Positions 17,201 through 25,580 are shown, counted from the stretch's first letter. The stretch: DNA of 32,000 bases from Nanobdella aerobiophila (GCF_023169545.1 NZ_AP019769.1:180001-212000), one strand, 5' to 3'. The notes: generated from the sequence alone by a model not told the origin. Numbers and translations: made by a program.

Positions 17201-17804
17201 ACATAATTTCGATACAGTCTGGAATTATCCACTGGAGTTATATTATAATGGATTAGAGTATAGGCCAGCAGATTCTATAAAAATACAAATATATAAAGAT
17301 AGATTAAATAAGGAAGATGAATATACTAATTGGGGTTTTATGCATGATATAGATTCTATAAGTAATGAAGGGAATACAGAATCTGCGTATAAGTTTTTGG
17401 GAGAGATGTTAGAAAAATTAAATTTTGAATTGAAATTATCAAGATTATTAAGATCTGTTGATCCTGTTGTAGTTGCAAATTTAGTAATAAATCTACATTT
17501 TGCTAGAGATATAAAAGGAAATCTAAGAAAATTTTCTGAGCAAGAGTTTAGATGCATAAAATGTAATACTAAGTATAGAAGAATCCCGCTATCTGGGAAA
17601 TGCATAAGATGTAATGGAAAAATTGTAATGACTGTTACATATGGCAGCGTTATAAAATATTTAGAGCCTAGTTTATGGCTATCTGAAAATTTACATTTAG
17701 ATGAATATACATCTTCAAGTCTTAGGGCTTTAAAAGAGAAGATTGATGAAACATTTGGAAATGTATCTAAGGAAAGGAAATTAAAAGATTTCTTTAATAT
17801 ATAA
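14244..17804 (+). CDS. polC: DNA polymerase II (PolD) large subunit DP2
   Basis: 1186 aa with no intein. Conserved DP2 blocks YYAGPVRSAGGTPQA, RGGAMLVLAEGI, AGRPIFSLPS..GGFRLRYGKSRTNG, GLRMGRPEKA, LAPHTSAGVVGRIIGF, NCDGDEGG (catalytic double-psi barrel acidic motif), GGMMDAPL. Zn fingers CPNC..CIFC and CIKCN..CIRCNG. Confidence 0.95.
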   Translation: MNDMDQYFSDIRKKTLEAYELAKKARLLKLDSTDDVEIPISEDMSERIVNLLSNIDPIIKEINLPEKIREIEKQYKALSFATILKIADYVSEQIYNKTKDKLRAIDLGIRSAFTYHTLGVVAASTEGIIKVISKKRRDNKEYLSIYYAGPVRSAGGTPQAFSVVVADLLRKKFGYEKWDPDNDEVQRYVIEVYDYKRMAHLQYTPKKEELEFVLQNLPIEINGEATLESEVSGYKDLPRIETNFIRGGAMLVLAEGICQKAGKIWKKLEPVAKDFNLEDWKWLSDYKKLQERIYSSSSDSGEKIKPNSKYLAQLTAGRPIFSLPSAKGGFRLRYGKSRTNGHEASSIHPAAAALTYNFLAWGTQIAVERPGKASAVTFSDTIEPPVVKLKDGSVKKIYSEKIAKELIDKNLVEKILFLGDILFTYGDFLDNGHILVPVGYCEEWWVLEFEKNAKEKLKDFEVVFDMLKPRKMFEIKNLDKLSDYLNIDKSKLEGYIRDPLRIKPDLIDSLKISLLLDVPLHPLYTYFWKDISADDIIYLLNYIKDNSKIDIEKIKIGDKEVNIARRIEINYDENVKRILEEILIEHNLENNKIIINYPDSAAFYLQVGYINDIPSKGAENNGYEIISRVSVLKIRDKVGTYIGLRMGRPEKARIRELTGSIVVLFPVGKEGGRMRNLMESRNYGKILADLKLYYCPNCKIYVPYRKCIFCKSDTKLLNTEDNKTHKVYNIDIGKYIEAALKNLNMDSSQVPKIIKGPEGLSSKDKEPERLEKGILRAKYGVFVFRDGTTRFDAIEVPITYFKPKDLLFTPIEKLKELGYTRDIYGNPLENEEQILELKPQDIILPIVGPYKKAGKIKMDGFLRSLINTTRFLDEELERLYNLPKYYNVDRPEDLLGHLLIVLAPHTSAGVVGRIIGFSKTQALLMHPLMHAGIRRNCDGDEGGFILLLDALINFSKNYLPEKRGGMMDAPLTITLKLKGMEVDDEVHNFDTVWNYPLELYYNGLEYRPADSIKIQIYKDRLNKEDEYTNWGFMHDIDSISNEGNTESAYKFLGEMLEKLNFELKLSRLLRSVDPVVVANLVINLHFARDIKGNLRKFSEQEFRCIKCNTKYRRIPLSGKCIRCNGKIVMTVTYGSVIKYLEPSLWLSENLHLDEYTSSSLRALKEKIDETFGNVSKERKLKDFFNI

Positions 17805-18535
17805 TGTTTATTTTATCTGGTATTGGTAATAATATAGATGAAATTCCAATTGGTTTGATTAATAATATAAAAGATGCGGATCTAGTATTTTTAGAATATT
17901 ATACAAACTTTGTAGATAATAGTATATTAAAATATCTATTAAATATAAATAGTAATATAAAATTGATTGATAGAGATTTTGTGGAGTATAAATTAGAAAA
18001 TATAATATTGAATAATAAAGATAAGAAAATAATATTAATAGTGTCGGGAAATCCTCTATTTGCTACTACACATTTTTATTTTATTGAATTATGTAAGAAA
18101 AATAATATAAATTTTAAAATAATAAATTCAGCTTCTGTATTTGATGAAGTTGGTAAAACAGGTTTGTTCTTATATAAATTTGGTAGAATAATATCTGTTC
18201 CATTTCATGAATCTACAGATTTTTATGATAATATAATAAATAACTATAGAAATAATTTACATACATTATTATTATTGGATTTAGATCCAAAGAATAATAT
18301 TTATCTAGATCATAAAGAAGCTATAAGGAAGATAATGAATTTAGATAAGAATAGAGTGTTTAATGAAGATTTTAAGTTAATAGTATGTTCCAAATTGAAC
18401 AGGGACGGTGAAAAAATATATTATGACTCTATAAGAAATCTAATGAATATGAATATAGAGCCACCTTTATGTATAATAATACCGTCAAATTTAAATAAAA
18501 TAGAAGAGGATTTTTTATCATGTATGATATCTTAA
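17804..18535 (+). CDS. dphB: diphthine synthase (DphB/Dph5, tetrapyrrole-methylase fold)
   Basis: MFILSGIGNN...ADLVFLEYYTN, VSGNPLFATTH, LYKFGRIISVPF, HTLLLLDL are typical diphthine synthase blocks. The ATG shares one base with the polD stop (TAATG). Confidence 0.85.
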   Translation: MFILSGIGNNIDEIPIGLINNIKDADLVFLEYYTNFVDNSILKYLLNINSNIKLIDRDFVEYKLENIILNNKDKKIILIVSGNPLFATTHFYFIELCKKNNINFKIINSASVFDEVGKTGLFLYKFGRIISVPFHESTDFYDNIINNYRNNLHTLLLLDLDPKNNIYLDHKEAIRKIMNLDKNRVFNEDFKLIVCSKLNRDGEKIYYDSIRNLMNMNIEPPLCIIIPSNLNKIEEDFLSCMIS

Positions 18536-19320
18536 TATCGAAGGTAAAAGATAACCCATATATACTGTTTTTTTTAACATTATTCTCTATAATATTTGCA
18601 ACATTAATATCTATTAAGAGCGGATCGGAGGGTGGCATATTAATCATAGCGATATCGTTAGTTCCATTAGTTCAAGTATATAATAAATTAATAGAAAAAG
18701 ATGAAAAATTGTCAGAAAAAATATTATCTAATCATAATATATTTTATAGATACAAGGACTATATACTTGCTTCATTTATAATATTTTTTGGATCGGTTAT
18801 CGGGTTTTATATAGGCTATTTAATAAATTATAATTTATTTTTTCCGCAATTACAAGCCATAGAAAATATAAAAATGCATGTGCTGAGTTTATCTTATGGG
18901 CAAGCAATAAATACTAATAATTTCTTTAGTTATATATTATTTAACAATATGGAGGTACTATTATTATTTTTTTCATTTTCTATATTATTTGGTGCAGGTG
19001 CAATATATCTATTATTATGGAACTCATCAATTATAGGTGTTTTTCTTGGTTTAAAGGCATTTAATTTAAATACATCAAATTTATTATATAAATATATATT
19101 ATATCCTGTCTATAGTTTAATATTAATACTACCTCACGGTTTGCTAGAATTTCTAGCTTATTTTTTAGCTGCTTTATCTGGTAATATATTATCTATAGCA
19201 TTTGTAAAAGGATTAGATAAAGAAATATTAGAAAAAATATTATCCGATTCTTTAGCATTATTTGTATTATCCATACTATTCTTATTTACTGCGGCATTTA
19301 TAGAAGCTTATATTATTTAA
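18520..19320 (+). CDS. SpoIIM-like (DUF95) polytopic membrane protein
   Basis: Multiple TM segments. FNNMEVLLLFFSFSILFGAGAIYLLLWNSSIIG and LILPHGLLEFLAYFLAALSG match the SpoIIM/DUF95 N...G.G...N..G and PHG..E signature. 16-bp overlap with dphB. Confidence 0.55.
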   Translation: MYDILISKVKDNPYILFFLTLFSIIFATLISIKSGSEGGILIIAISLVPLVQVYNKLIEKDEKLSEKILSNHNIFYRYKDYILASFIIFFGSVIGFYIGYLINYNLFFPQLQAIENIKMHVLSLSYGQAINTNNFFSYILFNNMEVLLLFFSFSILFGAGAIYLLLWNSSIIGVFLGLKAFNLNTSNLLYKYILYPVYSLILILPHGLLEFLAYFLAALSGNILSIAFVKGLDKEILEKILSDSLALFVLSILFLFTAAFIEAYII

Positions 19321-19335
19321 TTACAATTTTTTTAT

Positions 19336-19587
19336 ATGTATGAATCATTTGAGTATATAGAAGAAGGTATAATATACTGTAAGGTAAAATCTATATTAAA
19401 AGATAAGGTAATATTTGATATAAATAGTAAGGAGTATTCTTTCGACAAGACAATTGATATGAACTATTTAAAAGAAGGAGATTATGTTAGATTTTATATA
19501 AAAGACAATAAAATAATCTACATAGAGACTATATCAAAGGAATTTTATGATAGGATGTATTATATAATCAGTCAATTATATAACTAA
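19336..19587 (+). CDS. hypothetical small protein (83 aa)
   Basis: ORF with a normal-looking composition for this genome and no recognised motif. Its 3' end overlaps the convergent archaeosortase-like gene by 12 bp. Confidence 0.4.
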   Translation: MYESFEYIEEGIIYCKVKSILKDKVIFDINSKEYSFDKTIDMNYLKEGDYVRFYIKDNKIIYIETISKEFYDRMYYIISQLYN

Positions 19588-20136
19588 TCCTTTTTTATAT
19601 TTTTTTATAAATATAATCCAAAATATTACTAAGAACATAGTTGTAAATATTTCCCATAATACATTATGTACAAAATATGGGTTTAAATTAAATCTTACAT
19701 ATAGAAAAAATACAGACCATAATCTAAATATATTTAGAATATATAATATTAAGCTTGAATAGATAAAATACATAATCTTATTTCTTATATTTAATATAGG
19801 TGTAGAAAATATCATTGCAAATATAGCAAATACAGATTTAAATCCTGTACATTCTTGATCTATTATAAAATTTACAGAGCCTACATGTAATGTATTGGCA
19901 GTTAATATATATTCTATATTTGATAATGTTAATATATATCCTATAAATTTAGAATAAGATAATAAAAATGATTGTGGTAATATAATATAATAATAGCTAA
20001 ATAAAGATAAAGGTATAGAATAAATTAACATATTTAGAAAAAATATAGCAATTATTAATTCTTTTCTTATCATCTTACTTTTCATAGATTCTTCAATTAT
20101 ATTAGGAAAATATTTTTTTATTATATATTCAAACAT
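19576..20136 (-). CDS. exosortase/archaeosortase-family protein (minimal, 186 aa)
   Basis: Polytopic membrane protein carrying the family's catalytic-triad context. Cys in IIDQECTGFKSVFAIF, Arg in LNIFRLWSVFF, His in YFVHNVLWEIF, in the canonical order and spacing (C..about 40 aa..R..about 20 aa..H). Confidence 0.65.
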   Translation of the reverse strand: MFEYIIKKYFPNIIEESMKSKMIRKELIIAIFFLNMLIYSIPLSLFSYYYIILPQSFLLSYSKFIGYILTLSNIEYILTANTLHVGSVNFIIDQECTGFKSVFAIFAMIFSTPILNIRNKIMYFIYSSLILYILNIFRLWSVFFLYVRFNLNPYFVHNVLWEIFTTMFLVIFWIIFIKKYKKGLVI

Positions 20137-20611
20137 GTTTTATTTTAACTGCTAAACCATATTTAAAGTCTTTTATTTCCTTTGCCGATAGGAGTGTTTC
20201 ACCAATAGCCAATAATTTATCATATCTATTTACTATTAATACAATATCTCTGGATAATATATTTTCATCAATATTTACTATAAATTTTGAGAATACAGAT
20301 TTACCTTTTAATATGTAGTCTTCTGCCTCTTCGTTTACAACAACTCTATACTTTGGAAATTCTAAAAATTTTTGCAAAATCTCACCGCCATATTTTGTTA
20401 TTATTATATATCCTGTACTTGGTTCTATAGATCCAAATAGCTTATTATTGATAAATATTCTTTTTATTCTATGGGTTTTTCTACTCTTTTCTAATTGTAT
20501 ATTTTCATAGCTTTCTAGAATCTTATCTCCAACTTTACTGCCAAATTGGTAATTTAATATAGATTTAATTATTAATGAATCCATACCAGTATAATACGAA
20601 CTTTGCTGCAA
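20129..20611 (-). CDS. stand-alone PUA-domain protein resembling the C-terminal (C2 + PUA) half of archaeosine tRNA-guanine transglycosylase
   Basis: ILNYQFGSKVGDKIL matches the (A)DYQFG.g.g..lf block of the ArcTGT C-terminal region. C-terminal PUA pattern VVVNEEAEDYILKGKSVFSKFIVNIDENILSRDIVLIVNRYDKLLAIGETLLSAKEI..GLAVKIKHV. The start may be Met-10 (20584), which would reduce the 47-bp overlap with the upstream gene. Confidence 0.75.
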   Translation of the reverse strand: MQQSSYYTGMDSLIIKSILNYQFGSKVGDKILESYENIQLEKSRKTHRIKRIFINNKLFGSIEPSTGYIIITKYGGEILQKFLEFPKYRVVVNEEAEDYILKGKSVFSKFIVNIDENILSRDIVLIVNRYDKLLAIGETLLSAKEIKDFKYGLAVKIKHV

Positions 20612-21149
20612 TTTCTTCGCCTATTATAGAATTATTATTTTCTAATAATATTGTATTATTTTCTGGGTATAAATATATTCCATAACTTTTATTTGTTGGT
20701 ACGAGATATATTAATAAAGTATCATTTAATGGTATATAATAATATTTATACTGATTATTATAGTATTGGTATAATAATATTGTATTATTTTCTATAGAAT
20801 TATTTTCTAAAAAGAATGTACAACCATTACTATATCCAAAACAAGTTGGTATAATATTTGGGATCTTCAAATCTATATATAATAGCTCTGCATTATAATA
20901 TCCAGTTAAATTAGGATTGAATAATAATAAATATATAGATTTATTATTAATTATACTATATATCGATATATTTGGATATATATTTATATTAGATAGCTGA
21001 TCTATAGAATAAGGACTAGCAATAGTTATATTATCTTTATTATAGTAATATATATTTTTGTGATTATAATATGATTTATATAATATATATATTATAAAGA
21101 TTAGAAATGCAATAAAAATAATCATACTTATTATCTTGTCCTTTTTCAT
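20565..21149 (-). CDS. N-terminally membrane-anchored, Tyr/Asn-rich putative surface protein with about 10 N-x-S/T sequons
   Basis: MKKDKIISMIIFIAFLIFIIYILY is a signal-anchor. The ectodomain has NIT, NIS, NKS, NLT, NNS, NNT, NDT, NKS, NNT, NNS sequons and two Cys. First gene of a three-gene overlapping unit with the PUA protein and the archaeosortase-like protein. No family recognised. Confidence 0.5.
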   Translation of the reverse strand: MKKDKIISMIIFIAFLIFIIYILYKSYYNHKNIYYYNKDNITIASPYSIDQLSNINIYPNISIYSIINNKSIYLLLFNPNLTGYYNAELLYIDLKIPNIIPTCFGYSNGCTFFLENNSIENNTILLYQYYNNQYKYYYIPLNDTLLIYLVPTNKSYGIYLYPENNTILLENNNSIIGEEIAAKFVLYWYGFINN

Positions 21150-21205
21150 AATCTATAGAAATTTACAAAATATATATAAATATTAATAAGAGTAAATTAA
21201 TAATA

Positions 21206-21946
21206 ATGAATGAGATAGAAGAAAGATTATTGAGTGCCTTGAGACAGCACCCATACGGTCTTACAATATCTGAACTATCTAAAAATTTTAAGATAAATAG
21301 GATAACATTATCTAAACATTTGGAAGTTTTAAAAGAAAGAGGATATTTAAATTATAGAAATGTTGGAAAGGCGAAAGTTTGGTATATAAATGAAGATGTG
21401 AACTTCTTAGAGATGATACATGGGGATGTAATGCTAACAAAATTAATAAAATTAGATAGAAATAGCTTTCTTAGTATAGCGGATATAAAATTTTTGATAT
21501 TACCATCAGAAATACTACAAGTACTATATTTACAATCATTAGAAATAAATAATGTTAATTTTATAAGAGATGTTGGTAAAAGATTTGGAATATTGATGGC
21601 TACTACATATAAGATGTACTCTGGTGTGGAGAGGATTCTTAATGAAGATCTATTAAATGAAATAATAAAATTGTATGAAAAGATCGGTTTTGGAAAGATT
21701 GAAGAGATATTTATAGATATAAAAACACTAGATATTATAATAAATTTGAGTTCATCAATTGAGGCATTAATATTAAAAGATATAGAAGATTTATTAAAGG
21801 AAAAAAATACCGAAATAAAAGAATATTTTACGGAAGGATATTTTGAAGGCTTGTTAAGTACGTTATTTGGAATACCTATGTTATCTATAAATAAAAAAAC
21901 AATATATAACGAAGATAAGACAGAAATAGTGATTCGAAGAAAATGA
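21206..21946 (+). CDS. winged-helix transcriptional regulator with C-terminal V4R-like ligand-binding domain
   Basis: N-terminal wHTH LLSALRQHPYGLTISELSKNFKINRITLSKHLEVLKERGYLNYRNVGKAKVWY. The C-terminal part (RDVGKRFGILMATTY..YEKIGFGKIE..EGYFEGLLSTLFG) resembles V4R (4-vinyl-reductase-type) domains. Confidence 0.6.
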   Translation: MNEIEERLLSALRQHPYGLTISELSKNFKINRITLSKHLEVLKERGYLNYRNVGKAKVWYINEDVNFLEMIHGDVMLTKLIKLDRNSFLSIADIKFLILPSEILQVLYLQSLEINNVNFIRDVGKRFGILMATTYKMYSGVERILNEDLLNEIIKLYEKIGFGKIEEIFIDIKTLDIIINLSSSIEALILKDIEDLLKEKNTEIKEYFTEGYFEGLLSTLFGIPMLSINKKTIYNEDKTEIVIRRK

Positions 21947-22425
21947 TTATATGCATTACAGGCGTACCTGGTTGTGGTAAGAGTACAATTGCGAAAGAAT
22001 TATCTAAAAAAATGAATATTGAAGTATTAGATATATCTAGATTTTCAATAGAGAATAAGTTGTATGAAAATTATGATGATGCATATAATACTTATATAGT
22101 AGATGAAGAAAAATTATTTAGCAAAATAGATGAATATATAAAAAATAAGGATAATATAATTATAGAAGGGAATTTTTCTCATTTATATAATAAGTGCGAT
22201 ATATGTATAATAATAAAAACAGATCCAAATATACTTTATAAAAGGTTAAAAGAAAGAAACTATCCATATTACAAAATTTTTGAAAATATATGGGCTATGA
22301 ATCTCGAAGTCTTAGAAGATGAATTGGAAAGTATAAAAAGGCCATACTATATATTTTTTAATAATAATAAAGAAGATATAGAAATAATAGTTAAAAATAT
22401 ACTAGAAATAATAAATAAAGGATAA
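21943..22425 (+). CDS. Fap7/adenylate kinase isoenzyme 6-type NTPase (small-subunit ribosome maturation factor)
   Basis: P-loop MIICITGVPGCGKSTIAKEL. Short 160-aa kinase fold with LYKRLKERNYPYYKIFENI matching the Fap7 L..RL..RgY...Ki.EN block. 4-bp overlap with the regulator gene. Confidence 0.8.
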   Translation: MIICITGVPGCGKSTIAKELSKKMNIEVLDISRFSIENKLYENYDDAYNTYIVDEEKLFSKIDEYIKNKDNIIIEGNFSHLYNKCDICIIIKTDPNILYKRLKERNYPYYKIFENIWAMNLEVLEDELESIKRPYYIFFNNNKEDIEIIVKNILEIINKG

Positions 22426-22488
22426 AAATAAGGGTATTTAGATATGAAGTAATCAAAGACTTATAAGTTTTATTTAAAATTATATACT

Positions 22489-24147
22489 ATGGCAGAAGAT
22501 AGAAAAGGACTATATCCTATGGTATTATCTCCAGAAAAATATGCAAGAACAATTGGTAGAGAAGCAATGAGATCAAATATTATGGCGGCTATTATTGTAT
22601 CAGAAATATTAAAGACATCTCTGGGCCCAAGAGGAATGGATAAAATGTTAGTAGATGAGCTAGGAGATGTCACTGTTACGAATGATGGAGCTACAATATT
22701 AGATCAGATGCATGTCGAACATCCTGCAGCAAAGTTAATTATCGAAATAGCAAAAACTCAAGATAAGGAAGTAGGTGATGGTACGAAGAGATCTACAGTA
22801 CTGGCAGGAGAGTTATTAAAAAGAGCAGATGAATTATTAGATAAGAATGTCCATCCAACAATATTAATGGAGGGTTATAAAAAAGCAGAATTATTGGCTG
22901 AAAAGATAGTGTCAAATTTAGCAGAAAAAATTTCTATAGAAGATGAGGGATCTCTTATAAAAATTGCTAAGTCTGCTCTTTCATCAAAATTAGCGTCCAT
23001 ATATTCTGATGTGCTGGGAAAAATAATTGTAGATGCTGTAAAGAGGGTTACAAGCGTTGTAGATCTTGGTAATGGAAATAAGAAAATAATCGTAGATTTG
23101 GATTCATTAAAAATTGAGAAAAAGGTAGGTGGTGGAGTTGAGGAGACAGAATTAATAGAAGGAATAGTAATAGATAAAGAAAGAATACATGGTGAAATGC
23201 CAAAAATAGTTTCAAAGGCAAAAATTGCGTTAATAGGTGATGCCATAGAAATAAAAGAGACAGAAACGGATGCAAGAATAAATATAAGTACTCCAGATCA
23301 GTTAGAACAATTCTTGAATAAAGAAAAAGAGATGTTGAAAAAGATGGTAGATAAGATAAAACAGATAGGTGCAAATGTTGTATTAGTACAGAAAGGTGTG
23401 GATGACTTAGCAGCATATTATTTTGCAAAATATGGTATATTAGCAGTAAGAAGAGTTAAGAAATCAGATATGGAAAAATTAGCAAAAGCAACAGGTGCAA
23501 AGATAATAAATTCAATAGATGAACTATCTCAATCTGATTTAGGTGAAGCAGAATTAGTAGAAGAAAGGAAAGTAGCAGATGAAAATATGTTATTTGTAAC
23601 AGGATGTAAAAATCCAAAAGCAGTCACAATATTAATAAGGGCAGGTTCTGAACATGTTGCAGATGAGATAGAGAGATCCATAAATGATGCAGTTAGAGAT
23701 ATAGCAACAGTTATAAGATACGGAAAAATTATAGCTGGTGGTGGTGCGATAGAAATGGAATTATCAGAGGCAATAAGAAAAGAAGCAAAGAAAGAATCAT
23801 CTAAAGTTCAGATGGCTATGTTGGCATTTGCAGATGCATTAGAGGCTATACCAGCTGCATTGGCAGAAAATGCGGGTATGGATACAATTGAAGCAATGAC
23901 AGAATTAAGGGCAAGTCATGAGCAGGGTAAAAAATGGTACGGTATAGATGCATCAGAGGGTAAAGTTACAGATATGTGGGCTAAAAATGTAATAGAACCA
24001 GCAAGTATAACATTACAAGCGATAAAATCAGCTACAGAAGCAGCAATAATGATATTGAAGATAGATGATGTGATTGCAGCAGTAGGTAAATCTACAGGAG
24101 CGGGATCAGGAGCAGGAAGCGAGCCATCAGAAGGCTTAGAAGAATAG
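22489..24147 (+). CDS. ths: thermosome subunit (group II chaperonin)
   Basis: LGPRGMDKMLVD, VTNDGATIL, HPAAKL, QDKEVGDGT, AGGGAIEMEL, VIEPASI and a Gly/Ala/Ser-rich C-terminal tail. 552 aa. Confidence 0.95.
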   Translation: MAEDRKGLYPMVLSPEKYARTIGREAMRSNIMAAIIVSEILKTSLGPRGMDKMLVDELGDVTVTNDGATILDQMHVEHPAAKLIIEIAKTQDKEVGDGTKRSTVLAGELLKRADELLDKNVHPTILMEGYKKAELLAEKIVSNLAEKISIEDEGSLIKIAKSALSSKLASIYSDVLGKIIVDAVKRVTSVVDLGNGNKKIIVDLDSLKIEKKVGGGVEETELIEGIVIDKERIHGEMPKIVSKAKIALIGDAIEIKETETDARINISTPDQLEQFLNKEKEMLKKMVDKIKQIGANVVLVQKGVDDLAAYYFAKYGILAVRRVKKSDMEKLAKATGAKIINSIDELSQSDLGEAELVEERKVADENMLFVTGCKNPKAVTILIRAGSEHVADEIERSINDAVRDIATVIRYGKIIAGGGAIEMELSEAIRKEAKKESSKVQMAMLAFADALEAIPAALAENAGMDTIEAMTELRASHEQGKKWYGIDASEGKVTDMWAKNVIEPASITLQAIKSATEAAIMILKIDDVIAAVGKSTGAGSGAGSEPSEGLEE

Positions 24148-24153
24148 TTTTTT
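24148..24153 (+). terminator. oligo-T tract immediately after the thermosome stop codon (candidate archaeal terminator)
   Basis: TAG (24145-24147) is followed directly by TTTTTT. Archaeal RNAP terminates at T-runs. T-runs are common in this AT-rich DNA, so support is weak. Confidence 0.3.
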
Positions 24154-24191
24154 ATATAAAATTTATAAATTTCTAAACTTCTATATTTTTT

Positions 24192-24725
24192 ATGCCAGAA
24201 TATGAAATTATACCTCAAGATCCAATAGATAAATTAACACAAGAAATAGAGAATTTAAAAACGGATTTAAGGGAGTTGAAGGGACAACTAAAAGATAATA
24301 TTGAAAATATAAAAAGAGAACTCTCTCTACCAAATGAAAATAATCCATTATTAAGAAAGGAAGTTAATTATTCTCAAAATTTTTCTGTGGATATATCATT
24401 TTACAAGGAGATTGTAAATTCATTAATTAAAAGTAATGTGGATTTACAGGCTAAAATATCTGAATTGGTAGTAGTTTCAAATAATTTGTATAGAGAAATA
24501 AAGAATCTGCTAGATATATTTAAAGAGGCGGCAATTTCTAGAAAAGAGGCCAAGAATGATAATAATTTGAATAATGTAGATATATTAAAAAGATTAGAAA
24601 ATTTAGAAAAAGCAAATTTGAAAATAGCAGAACTGTTAGATAGCTTTAAAAAATATATGGATAATTCAAAAGATAATAATGTAAAACCAGTAACAAATAA
24701 TAATCCATTATATAGAAAGATATAA
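24192..24725 (+). CDS. coiled-coil protein (177 aa), first gene of the pilus-like cluster
   Basis: Heptad-like stretches LTQEIENLKTDLRELKGQLKDNIENIKREL and ILKRLENLEKANLKIAELLDSFKKY. No TM segment and no recognised family. Confidence 0.5.
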   Translation: MPEYEIIPQDPIDKLTQEIENLKTDLRELKGQLKDNIENIKRELSLPNENNPLLRKEVNYSQNFSVDISFYKEIVNSLIKSNVDLQAKISELVVVSNNLYREIKNLLDIFKEAAISRKEAKNDNNLNNVDILKRLENLEKANLKIAELLDSFKKYMDNSKDNNVKPVTNNNPLYRKI

Positions 24726-24749
24726 AAACATTAGATGTAAATATATCTT

Positions 24750-25580
24750 ATGAAAAAAGGCCAATCTAATTTAGTGAGTTATCTTTTACTAGGTTTAATT
24801 ATAGTAGGTCTGTCCGTTGGTATTTATGAGTGGGGTATCCCAGTTATACAAAAATCTCAGTTAAAGACTTCAATAAGTGGTATACAGGCTTCATTAACTA
24901 CATTGGCTAGTACTATACAAGATGTGGCGGAAAGTAAAGGTAGTCAGGTGGTATCAATATCTTTGCCTTCTGGACCATTGAATATAAATTACAATGATAT
25001 ACAATATTCATTTCAATCTCCAGAAATATACTACAATCCATCTGTACCTGCAATACCAATAAATTATAATATATTCATACCTTGTACTGTAAATAATACA
25101 TTGACTATAAATGGCGGAGTAGTTAATTTATGTGGTTTACCAGGACTAGAGGCATATGCAAATAGTACAAATATAGTATTAACAGATATAAATAATAATA
25201 CAATAATCCTGCCATTGGAAAATATAAATAACTTAATTACAGAAGAATATGTATTTAATGTTAAGGTTAGTAATAATCAGGTAGATTTTATACCAGAATA
25301 CAATACTGGTGTAGCAAACTCCCAGTATTATCCCGCCTGTTTATTAACTGCTGTTCAATTGGGTAAGGAGATTGAGTATCAGATAGAGTGTAGACCAATG
25401 TATAATCCACAAAATGGTCAGTGTACATGGATTAATATAGTTCCGGCAGGGCAGACAGGGACTACTGCTTCTGGAACTGTAAATATAAATCTACAATATA
25501 ATGGTATAAATGTAGAGAATGTAAATTCTACAATATGTAATCAATTAATCTTATATAATATAGAAGCTTCTATATCTTAA
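24750..25580 (+). CDS. class-III-signal-peptide (archaeal type IV pilin-like) secreted protein, 276 aa, 6 Cys
   Basis: N-terminus MKKGQS-NLVSYLLLGLIIVGLSVGIY: short basic leader, Gly then Gln, then one hydrophobic helix, as in archaeal prepilins (Gln at +1 recalls DUF361-type pilins). The rest is Ser/Thr/Asn/Gly/Pro/Gln-rich with 6 Cys, very unlike the Lys/Glu/Ile-rich cytoplasmic proteins here. Confidence 0.55.
   Translation: MKKGQSNLVSYLLLGLIIVGLSVGIYEWGIPVIQKSQLKTSISGIQASLTTLASTIQDVAESKGSQVVSISLPSGPLNINYNDIQYSFQSPEIYYNPSVPAIPINYNIFIPCTVNNTLTINGGVVNLCGLPGLEAYANSTNIVLTDINNNTIILPLENINNLITEEYVFNVKVSNNQVDFIPEYNTGVANSQYYPACLLTAVQLGKEIEYQIECRPMYNPQNGQCTWINIVPAGQTGTTASGTVNINLQYNGINVENVNSTICNQLILYNIEASIS

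Noticed and set aside
19336-19587. 83-aa ORF (or the 101-aa ORF at 2373-2678) as the missing ubiquitin-like partner of the E1-like enzyme
   Set aside because: Neither ends in Gly-Gly (C-termini ...SQLYN and ...DNNND), and neither is adjacent to the E1-like gene.
22470-24218. Antisense ORFs within and around the thermosome gene (22470-22673, 22875-23246, 23048-23428, 23916-24218)
   Set aside because: They sit opposite a canonical chaperonin gene, have low-complexity composition, and show no motifs.
24750-25580. Calling the 276-aa prepilin-like protein an archaellin (FlaB) and the cluster an archaellum operon
   Set aside because: The mature N-terminus (QSNLVSYLLLGLIIVGL) does not resemble the highly conserved archaellin N-terminal helix (..GIGTLIVFIAMVLVAA..). 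FlaH and FlaJ are absent, and the gene order does not match fla operons.
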